Origin: Eledone cirrhosa
Taxonomy: Eukaryota
Assembly (NCBI GenBank): GCA_964016885.1
Contig: OZ024740.1
Span: forward strand, 125,302,001-125,366,000
Direction: 5' to 3'
Length of the DNA stretch: 64,000 bases
Shown: positions 13,150-22,685 of the stretch, one piece after another
How positions within the stretch are numbered: position 1 is the stretch's first letter
Layout: each line of letters opens with the position of its first letter
Notes under the pieces: model-generated
Seen by the model: only the letters and a program-made list of their open reading frames with translations
Told to the model about the DNA's origin: nothing
Database searches by the model: none
Made by a program: the position numbers and the translations under genes

Positions 13150-13545
13150 TCAATGTGGTTGAGTAATCGTTGGTGTGTTAATCCAGTTAAAAAGTAGAGG
13201 CGATTTCAGGTGCGGACAACATCTAAAGATCTCGGTCTTAGAGTTGAGACAAGTGGGACGAGTTTTCAAATTTTGTAGAATTCTAAATTTTTCCGTAGTA
13301 CACAAAGAACAATTCTTTGTGCCCCTTTGGTATTCTCTTAAATGATCTAAAATAGACCAATCAATAGTGTACGGAATGTGTTTGTCTTTAAACTCCCACA
13401 CTTTATTTGCCAGAGCCGTTGCTGTTCTTTTTTCAGGGTGTTTGAAAGAAGCGACATGTGCATAGTACCTGGTTTTAAATCTGTCCTGAGTCATGCCAAC
13501 ATATCGTTCACTCCTGGCTCGCTGGTTATTAATCATCGGTGTCAA
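13150..13545 (-). pseudogene. PLE GIY-YIG endonuclease C-terminal fragment
   Basis: RYVGMTQDRFKTRYYAH...TALA...W...CSLCTTEK...CPH parallels YYVGST...FKSRLYRH...CKLCNLE...CRH of ORF 35521-37599. Confidence 0.9.
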
Positions 13546-14334
13546 TTTGGCCTCATTTGAGCTTCTTTACTTATCACGCCTTCCACTCACTACCAATATC
13601 ATCACCTTATGAACACATACTTTCTACCATACCTTTAACACATACACACCCACCACCTTCATCCTTTAACCCAGATCACCTTTTAACTATATACCCTTAT
13701 CCAGATCTCATCACAAAAACTCACTCTCTACTACAACTTTTACACCACTTTTTACCCTTACCTGTAATAGTTTTTATTAATTGATCTCAGTTTTACTCCC
13801 CCTTGTCCTTACTTACCCATTATGTTTTGAAGTGTATTCACATAAGGTTGTATGTGGGCGTATATGCAGACAGGCTTATGTGTACATACATATATACGTG
13901 TTTTTATTATTTTATATGTATGTATGTGTGTGTGTATGTGTATATATATATATGTGTGTATATATATATGTGTATATGTATATCTGTGTGTATATATATG
14001 TATGCGTATGTGTACTCGTATTTATAAGCATAGGGATATTTATTTTGTCGGTTATTCAACAAAAATATATAATTTTAACTGATTCGAAGCACTCGACAGT
14101 TCTTCTGGAGTATAATATCACTTTTTCATTTTTTCATTTTTTCATTTTTTCATTTTTATACTCCCACCTGCGAGCGTGTGTGTATTTATAGTTTGTCTGT
14201 CTATATGTTTATGCACACACACGCGCACGTGTATGTGTGTTTATATTTATATATGTGTGTTTATATTTATATGTGTGTGTGTATGTATAGGTATGTGTGT
14301 GTGTGTTTATATTTATGTATACATGTGTGTATAT

Positions 14335-14795
14335 ATATATAGTAATAATAATAAATTTGAAGACTAAAATCCAAAGAGGGCTCGATAAGGATAAATATAT
14401 ATCAAATATATAAGAACCGTAGAGCAAATATTTATTAAAATAACAGATTAAAGTTTAAGCAAAGAATCGCTGCTTTCACCCTTAACGGGATCTTCTGAAA
14501 CTAACAAAGTCAATCTGTGAACGCAGAAGTGAATATTTCAAAAAACGTTGTAACCGGAGGAAGACAGGAAGACGATACTTTGGTTCGTGGAAACGTTCCC
14601 TGGCAAAGAACGGGAAAAAACTAATATAATACGTCATTATTTGGAGCGGTGAAAAATAATTACACGCAAAGACAAAACCACGTTTATGGTATAAAAGAAG
14701 TGGTAGACTAATATTCTATTAGGTGGTTCATAGAGACGTTCCTCCGGTTGCAACGTTTTTTGAAATATTCACTTCTGCGTTTAGAGATTGACTTT
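14335..14795. repeat. Rearranged non-coding repeat, probably PLE terminal sequence
   Basis: 57-bp imperfect inverted repeat at 14506-14562/14739-14795. 14335-14380 is inverted at ~15645-15690, 14433-14490 is direct at ~15590-15650, and there is a homologue at ~59280-59375. Confidence 0.6.
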
Positions 14796-15116
14796 CATCT
14801 CGAAACATATTTGGATTTTAAAGTTTAAACTTATCTACGGAACAGGTTTGATTTTGAAATTTAAATGTGTCTAAACATCATGGCCATTTGGCAATACAGT
14901 TCGTCTTAGTTGATTTATTATTTTAAATCGATATGGACAGACTGTAATATTATAATTAGTATACTTCATTCTAGCTAAATTTTCTTTTGCAATATAAATA
15001 CAGATATGTTGGTATTTGTGTTTCATCATATATATTAATTTATATTTAAATGTTTTACACGGCTCAGAAATATTTCTTTCTTTGAGCTAATTTCATTGTA
15101 AAAGAATTCATTACAC

Positions 15117-15176
<60 letters not shown>

Positions 15177-15227
15177 AATTGGTGCTCTGAAATACCGATA
15201 TATATATGAATGTATATATAAATAAAT

Positions 15228-15588
15228 ATGGCTTAGTAGTTTTAGCATTGGCCTTGCACTCAAAAGGTTGTGAGTTCAATTCTCGGACCGGGTGATGTGT
15301 TGTTTGCTTGAGCAAGACGCTTTATTTCACATTGCTCCAGTTTACTCAGATGTAGAAATCTGCAAAGTGGTCGTGGAGGTGCTAAGGCAAAAATAGCACC
15401 CTGCCCACACTGTAAAGTGGACGTGTAGGCGCCACGGGGGAAAAAACACCCAGCTCTCACTGTAAATGAGGTTGGTGTTAGGAAGGGCATCCAGCTGTAG
15501 AAATCAAGCCAGAATCAGTTCCCATCCCTCCCTTGCAAGCAGGGAAAAGCAGATGTAAAATGATGATGATGATGATGATGATGATGAT
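15228..15588 (+). mobile_element. tRNA-derived SINE family B with RTE-derived 3' end
   Basis: A-box tggcttagtag, B-box gttcaattc, central ttgagcaagacgctttatttcac domain, ~160 bp closely matching the RTE 3' UTR (rc of ~22495-22650), (GAT)n tail. Confidence 0.88.
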
Positions 15589-15714
15589 ATATTAAAATAA
15601 CAGATTAAAGTTTAAGCAAAGAATCGCTGCTTTCACCCTTAGCGGATCCTCTTTGGATTTTAGTCTTCATATTTATTATTATTACTATATATAAATAAAT
15701 ATATATATATATAT

Positions 15715-16277
15715 AATACAATATGTAGAAAGGATAACACATTAGAGAGAGATTGTGTGCAATCAAAAAACAGGGTAACCACCAGTGTGTGGCATCTATT
15801 ATCTACGCAAGGTAAGGTAGACACATAATAATTAAAAATATAATTCAAAACGTGTATACGCACCTCTATAACTATATATCCCACACGTACAAATCCAAAA
15901 GGATTCGTTTTGCCACTATATTAGTGACTGAAATGTAAATACCAATAAGTCATCAGCGTGTGCTTAGTAGATATATTCCAGACAACTCTAAAATACTTAA
16001 GATAACCGCCCTACAACACGCGGTAAAGATAGCGTGCGAAGGATAGTTAACCAGCGGCCCTTGAAGGACAAGCTGCTAGAAATGGCAGCCCGAAACCATT
16101 CAAATAAAAGTGCTCAACCAAAAAGAGAGAGGAAAGACTGTTATAGGAGCAAAATATCCAAATATTAACAGAGTCATAGACTTGCGTTATTCCCTGTAAA
16201 TTATGTGCTCAAAGGAAAAGGAATCCTGAGCTCTTCAAAATACAATATGTAGAAAGGATAACACACTAGATAGAGAG
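15715..16277 (-). mobile_element. Non-coding ~524-nt terminally repeated unit carrying a hammerhead (non-autonomous PLE or retrozyme-like)
   Basis: aatacaatatgtagaaaggataacac at 15715 and 16239 (period 524). (AT)n flanks. Diverged homologue at ~28671-28830. Confidence 0.6.
15882..15962 (-). ncRNA. Type I hammerhead ribozyme, degenerate
   Basis: Minus strand: CACACG-CUGAUGA-...GUCACUAauaUAGUGGC-AAAA (GAAA mutated)-CGAAUCCuuuuGGAUUUG-UA^-CGUGUG. Stems I and III are intact; stem II is irregular. Confidence 0.65.
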
Positions 16278-16869
16278 AGAGAGTATATATATATATGGTT
16301 TAACATTTTCAAATATTTAAATATAATATGCAATTACAAGTCTGTGTTGATAGAACATTATTTTAAATGTTTTATGTATGTCAGTAGCATCAAAACCACC
16401 GGATTAAACAATTTATATAACTTATTTAAGTAAAAATAAAGTTATATATTGCCAAATCTCCACTATAGTTTTTTTTGTAAGTCAACAAGTTGAAAAAACA
16501 ACAAAATTTCTACGGTAAACTATGGTAAATCCACTTTCATGTTATATAGAAAGTTATTGGTGAGTAAAAGTGATGTTCTTGGGGAGAATCTAGGTGTTGA
16601 TGAAAATCAACTAACCCCTCTATTCCAGAGGACTTCTGGTTCAGGTCTCATGGATAACTTCCAGAAATCCCTGGCCTGGTAGTGCTACCAGGGACCATTG
16701 CCAGTTTGAAATAAACTCTATTGTCATAGAAGTGCCATCAGCTGCCCACGTGCCGGGCAGCTGATGGCACCATCCTTACACATTTGTCCAGTGTTTGAGC
16801 ATTGCTGACTTGTGGTTTTATGTCCAACACCTGCTGTCACATATAGAATGGATCCAACTATCAACTTAG

Positions 16870-17752
16870 TCCATCATGAAGATCACCCTACTATCTTCCT
16901 TTAGCTGGGAAGGATAGGTAGTTTTTATCTGCCTGGTGGCTGTAGTGAAAGAAGACATGTGTTGGATGCAATTGAAAGTGTTGAAGACAAGCACTTTCCT
17001 CTTCAACAAAGCCCTGATTAACTTTTACAGGTTTCGAGACAAACTTTATAGGCATGGAAGTTCTGTCAGACAGCAGTGTCTGCGACATGTGCTGAGGGAC
17101 AAAAATGTATTGTCTGCACATGTCCAGTGACCAGGCATTGCAGGCTTGTGTAGTTTTTTCTAACAGCTGTTGTCACATGTAGGACAGATCTGGCTATTGG
17201 CTGACTCCATTGTAAAGGTTCCCTCCTCCCCATCTTCTTTTGGTCAGAAAGGGCAGGAAGTTTTCCTCTATCTGGTGTCTGTGGCATAAGAGATTGTATG
17301 GTGGATGTGACTGAAAGGAATGAAGACAGATACTTTCCTCTTCAACCAAGCCCTCATCGACTTTTTCAAGTTCCCTGTGGCAAAGAGAATGTGTGTGGAT
17401 TTGGATGTACTGTCCACCCCCTTCTGCGCAGTACATTTGTTAAAAGGTGGGTGAATGTGATGAAAATGACCTGAATGAATGGGCCTACTCTGAGCATACA
17501 CCTGTAGGTTGGATATTTCAGAGAAGAAGAGTGCACATCCCTAGGATGTTTTTGGTGATTAGAGTGGTTTTGGTTATGTGTGGTTTTTAAACTACCCTTG
17601 TGTAATGCTTCTCACTATTGGGGAATTCTGTTGTTATTTTATTATCATTTGTTAGCTGTTGTCCTTTTTTTTACATGCTTTATCTAAATCTTCACTGTAC
17701 CTATTCTTTTGTATGGCCCTTTATGTCTAGGCCCTTTAGTGGTCAATAAAAT
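16870..17752 (+). mobile_element. Degenerate Tx1/L1-clade 3' fragments
   Basis: KEDMCWMQLKVLKTSTFLFNKALINFYRF and a second similar block match KEAVWWTRLKGLRSNTFLSGQQLILFFEY at ~55570. Ends gtggtcaataaa. Confidence 0.7.
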
Positions 17753-18329
17753 GTATTAGTAGTAGTAGTAGTAAAAACCCACCGCTATGCTGCCGGTAAA
17801 AATATTTGTTAATCATGCATGTATCATCATAATATTTTCAAATGTTTAGATTGACTTTCTCAGTGAAGATTAATAACAGTCTCTGGTGGGTGAGCGATAA
17901 GCTATTAAATAAGCTGAAAGGAAGAAATGTAAGGAACCCTGGTGGAAGATAAGATTGGAAGGTGATATAACTCACACTTTAACTCTACCTTTCACACACT
18001 CTCTCTGTTTGAATTTCTCTCTCAACTGTTTACTCATATATGTAGGAGAGCAAAAGGGGGAGGAATGAAAAGTTGTTAAGAGAAAAATACAGTTAGAGAG
18101 ATAGTGTGCGAGTGAAAGATGTAGTGCTTTCATCATAGACATAAGTGTTGACAGACTTGCACCTAAGTCTTTTTTTATAGCCTGTTGTCATCACTTTCAT
18201 TCTGACATCATAAACAATCTACCTTTCTTTCACATACACACTCTCTTACTCTCATTGTTTTACTCTCACAAAAACGACTTTTCACTTCTCCCATTTTCCC
18301 TTTCTACATATATGTTGTGATTGAAAGAT

Positions 18330-18815
18330 GGATGGAGAAACAGCTTCTCTTTTAGCCAAGAAGGGCAGGCTTTTTTTGTCTGTTTGGTGGTCATGGTGAA
18401 AGAGCTTGTATGGTGGACATGTCTGAAAGGGCTGAAGATGAGTACATTCATCTTCAGTGATCCCCTGATTAACTTCTTCAGGTTTCACCTGAAGAGGAAA
18501 ATTAGGGTGGAGAACGAAGCACTGCCTTCAAAGCTATTTGTTGGATGGCCCAAATGAATGGGCCTGCTCTGTAGATTGAGGGAGGACACATGGGAGAGAG
18601 CACTTGCCCTTGCAGTCAGAGTGACTATGGCTTTTGTGAGCTTTGTCCATGAGCAACCCTCGGAAGTCTTCCACGTTTGGGAAATTTTCTTTAGTTTCTA
18701 TATTTTTGTTACATCCTTTGTTTATGTCTTATGCTCATTTTTACACACATTGAACCGTCTTGTGCTGTCCATAATCTATTCTTTTCTAAACCCTTTGTGG
18801 TCAATAAAGAAAATA
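18330..18815 (+). mobile_element. Degenerate Tx1/L1-clade 3' fragment
   Basis: EGQAFFVCLVVMVKELVWWTCLKGLK...LINFFRFHLKRKIRVE is homologous to the C-terminus at 55530-55690. Ends gtggtcaataaag. Confidence 0.8.
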
Positions 18816-18839
18816 TTATTATTGATATTATGTTAATAA

Positions 18840-18953
18840 TTGATTCAACCTTTGGCACAAGGCTAGCAATTATCCCAATGCATTACTAGTGTTTTATTTT
18901 ATCGACCCCATAAGGATGAAAGGCAAAGTTAACCTCGAGAGGATTTGAACTCA
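18840..18953 (-). mobile_element. SINE family A, 5'-truncated
   Basis: ggcacaagg...ggatgaaaggcaaagttaacctc...ggatttgaactca. Confidence 0.8.
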
Positions 18954-19149
18954 ATAATTTATCAAAATATGTTAGGATTATTTTCGTTGTGTTGCATTTG
19001 TATGACACTCATTACTTTTACATCAACACCAACACCCACAGAAGCTCTTATAAATTAACTCTTGCATGTACTTTATGAATATATACTATGACAAACATGA
19101 ATAAAAATCCTTTTTCTCTTTTCTCCTTTTATTATTTTAACTCTCATCA

Positions 19150-19336
19150 GGGCGGTGAATTGGCAGTATCGGTAGAGGGTCAGACGCCATGCTTTGACGC
19201 ATAGAGTTACGGTCCTTACCATTCTGAGTTCAAGTCCCGCCGCGGTTAACTTTGCCTTTCATCCTTACGGGGTCGATAAAATAAAGTACCAGTAATGCAC
19301 AGGGTAATTGCTGGCCTTGTGCCAAAAGTAGAAACA
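19150..19336 (+). mobile_element. SINE family A, full length with 19-bp TSD
   Basis: TSD attattttaactctcatca at 19131-19149 and 19337-19355. Starts gggcggtgaattggcag; B-box gttcaagtccc. Confidence 0.95.
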
Positions 19337-20911
19337 ATTATTTTAACTCTCATCATTATCATCATAAAATTATTATGCACACATCCAACACTAACTTTTT
19401 AGCAATTTATTGCAGTTTAACATAGGGGTGATAGGCATTGCCAAACATCTTTAAAGCCCACTGAAATGTCATGATGGACACACAGACAATATCTAGAATG
19501 CCACACCAACGACTGTCTGTACTAGTTGCTAGAACTTGATTGATACATTTTTTAGTGTTGTTCCCAAATATTCATCTATATGTTTGAAATACACCTTGCT
19601 AAAGTTTATCACAATGTCTTCAGAGTAAGTTGGTTACCTAGATCTTGTGTATGGTTAACAGAGTTCACACTGTTGCAAGCATTCAAGTCAAATCTCCAAT
19701 CTGAAGATAACTTCATCTTTTCCTCCCACCAGTCTCTGGGGGCCCTAAAAGAATACATTATAGTTTGTAATTTCCATGAGACAAAATTATGTATTACATT
19801 GAGAGTTATTGTTGTTGGTTAGCCTTTCACAGCTCTGATAAAGTATTAACATTCTTATATGTTTTCAAGAACTGTGCACTGTATGTATTTTTTTTATTTT
19901 TTATTCAGCATGTTTTGAAGTCTGTTTGGTAGCTATTTCAAGCAGCATGAACTAATTATGTAGAATGTCCCTCATTCACTTGTTACATTAATAGCCAAAC
20001 AAATTAATAGTAGGAGTGGTATCTTGTATAATTTGATCCCACTGTATAGTAAAATTGCTTCTAGAACACAAAATATGTTTGATTTTTACTTTTAAAAAGC
20101 AGAATTGGATATGGAGGAAATGGTCTCCTAAACCTTTGATACAATCTACTGAACTGCCTTCCTGCTCTTCCAGGTTAAAACATTTAGAGATAAGAAATTG
20201 AAGATGTTCAAAGATAATAACTAAGAATAGGTTCAGTAAATACATGAAAAAGAAAAAAAAAATATGATAAATAAAGAGAATTAGAAATCAGAAGAATATA
20301 ATAAAAATGCGGCTGGGTGAGACATTCAATACCTCTGCAAGCGTGATGAGAAAATATGTCCATTCATCAGTACTTATTAATGTTTTTGTTATAAACATCT
20401 TACAAAAGAAAAACAAGAAAGAAAATAATGAAGATATCTATCAGAAGTAGTTTTTGGTATTAATTACAAGCGTTCAGATTGTAAATCAATACAAGTTTGT
20501 TTATTGTTCTTGAAAATCATGAGAAACCACCCTGTACATTAATCAATTACAATGGATGAGATCATAGAAATAGTCTCCAAGGGAATCAAGACTTTTACAC
20601 CAAAATCAATCTGCGAGTATGTATATATGAATGTATGAGTGTACTTAGATTATGTCACCATATACACATGTAAACATACCTAATCATATACACATGCATA
20701 GTCATGCTGGCATAAACATCAGATCATATATATTTGTTCATACATGTACTGATATACACACAAACACACACATATTATCACATAATTATATGAAGACAAT
20801 GGACACACAACTGCATAAATAACTAGTAAACCAATATATATATATATATATATTATGTGTGTAACTCTCTCTCTCTTTAAATACATATATATATATGTAT
20901 ATATATGTGAA

Positions 20912-21025
20912 GGCATGTCGCTGAGTAGTTAGAGAACTGGATTCAGAATCGTGAGGTTGTGAGTTCGATTCCCAGACCAAGCGATGAGCTATATCCTTTA
21001 GTTAGACATTTTATTTCACGTTGCA
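20912..21025 (+). mobile_element. tRNA-derived SINE head (family B-like), 3'-truncated
   Basis: gctgagtagttagag...gagttcgattccc...attttatttcacgttgc, homologous to 15228-15335. Confidence 0.7.
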
Positions 21026-21142
21026 CCCTCTCCCTAGAGTTGCGACTGATAGATAGTATTTAGCAATTGGAAAGACCAAAGGAAACATTGTTTCCTCGGT
21101 CCAATTTGACGAAAGTTGCTCGATTGTTGATAAATATGTGTA

Positions 21143-22000
21143 CTAGCTGCAGTACCCGGTAATACCCTGGAAAGGTGGGGTTATTTGCAGTTTTCAAAGT
21201 GCGCCTGAAAATGCTAGGGACCCTGGGTGTCCATACTGTATTTTCAATAGCAACCTTTGCTAGGTGTGTTTATGGCAGATCAATTTTTTGTGTGGAACTA
21301 TCAATAGTTGATAAGTCATAAGAATTATCAATAGTTGAATAAGTCACAAGTCCTTTTTCCATCCAGCTTTCTTCATTCAGAGTGAATAAGCCAGAGAAGT
21401 TTGAGCTTGAAGAGTATCGAACTTATTCAACAAACTTATGCATAAGAACAGCAAATATACCGCCTTAGCGATCAAGAATAAACACAGAACAATTGAGGAA
21501 CTCATCGCAATTATTGAAGGAATTATAACCGAGTGAAGATACTCAGGTACTGTTCAAACACCCTGTATATCACCGTTTGTAAAGCCATTCGAATGACTGA
21601 AGCAATACAATAAAACCCTCCTATTTTCCCCTATAGTAGACATAACCCGAAAAAACACACCATAATAAGTCGGATAAACAATCAGAAGTGTTGGCCCTAA
21701 AAAGGGCCTTGTAACATTCACTGTTGCAAAGTGTCAATAATGGGGGAGAAGTTACATCATCTTAATCTTCCCACGGTCCGACACCTCGAAATATCAACAA
21801 AATAAACTCTACTCTCAAGCATGACATGTTAAAATTAATATGCCAGGAGTACGAATAATCGTCAACATACGATGTGGGTTATATTTTTCCGACTAATCTC
21901 ATGGTAAGCCAACTTCCAGGTCATTGATGATCACTTTCTTGTAACTTATCACCGATTCCTGCAGTCGACCTTAATGTGACCTAAGCATGTGAACGTGTTC
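21143..22000 (-). mobile_element. Non-autonomous Helitron, diverged
   Basis: Minus-strand 3' end is a hairpin-like CCAGGGTATTACCGGG + ...CTAG|T. Shares ggccctaaaaagggcc and gaaaatgctaggg blocks with 1060-2490. The 5' end is not resolved. Confidence 0.5.
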
Positions 22001-22022
22001 AGAATTCATATCAGTGGATGAG

Positions 22023-22234
22023 ATCATCATCATCATTATTAAAAGTCCATTTTCCATGCTAGCATGGGTTAGACGGTTTTGTTCCATTTGATGCAAGATT
22101 GGTCAGGAGACCGTGTCTCGCTCATACGGAAGTGTCTCTGGCAGGTTTTCTACGGTTGGATGCCCTACCTAACACCAACCACCTTTACAGTGTCGACTGG
22201 GAGCCTTTTTACCATGTCTCCTACATGACCAATT

Positions 22235-22271
<37 letters not shown>

Positions 22272-22325
22272 CCGTCTAACCCATGCTAGCGTGGAAGATA
22301 GATGTTAAATGAAGAGGATGATGAT
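22023..22325. mobile_element. Two RTE-type 3' tail fragments in opposite orientation
   Basis: 22023-22230 (minus) and 22271-22325 (plus) both contain ccgtctaacccatgctagc(a/g)tggaa with a (GAT)n tail. Confidence 0.75.
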
Positions 22326-22685
22326 GTGTACATATGTGTATATATATACATATATATATAAATATATATATATATGTATATGTGTCATCATCATCATCAT
22401 CACCGTTTTACGTCCGTTCTTCCACGCTAGCATGGGTTAGACGGGTTGTCCTGTTGTGGGCAGTGTCTGGTCGGCTGACCATGCCTTGCTCATACAGGAA
22501 CTGATCTGGCTTGATTTCTACAGCTGGATGCCCTTCCTAACACCAACCTCATTTACAGTGAGTGCTGGGTGCTTTTTCGTGACGCCTACACGTCCACTTT
22601 ACAGTGTGGGCTGGGTGCTTTTTTGCCGTGGCACCTCCACGACCACCTTGCGGTGGGGGGGGGGGGGGCATATTGTTTATATGCT

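Larger units (their letters stand above)
11800..14230 (-). mobile_element. 5'-truncated Penelope-like element with inverted pseudo-LTR
   Basis: GIY-YIG C-terminal fragment at 13150-13545. ~12330-13155 is repeated in inverted orientation at ~13555-14225. Hammerhead at the distal 3' end. Left boundary approximate. Confidence 0.85.

Noticed and set aside
14460-14500. Hammerhead-like CAGAAGA-UCCC-guuaa-GGGU-GAAA on the minus strand (also ~15620-15675)
   Set aside because: No copy has CUGA, and no UH site or stem I follows. Not supportable without a consensus.
19150-19250. tRNA gene calls for A/B-box sequences (also 15228 and 20912)
   Set aside because: They continue into SINE bodies, have TSDs or tails, and do not form a complete cloverleaf.
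19988-20245. 85-aa ORF as a host exon
   Set aside because: No recognisable domain, and splice signals are ambiguous on both strands.
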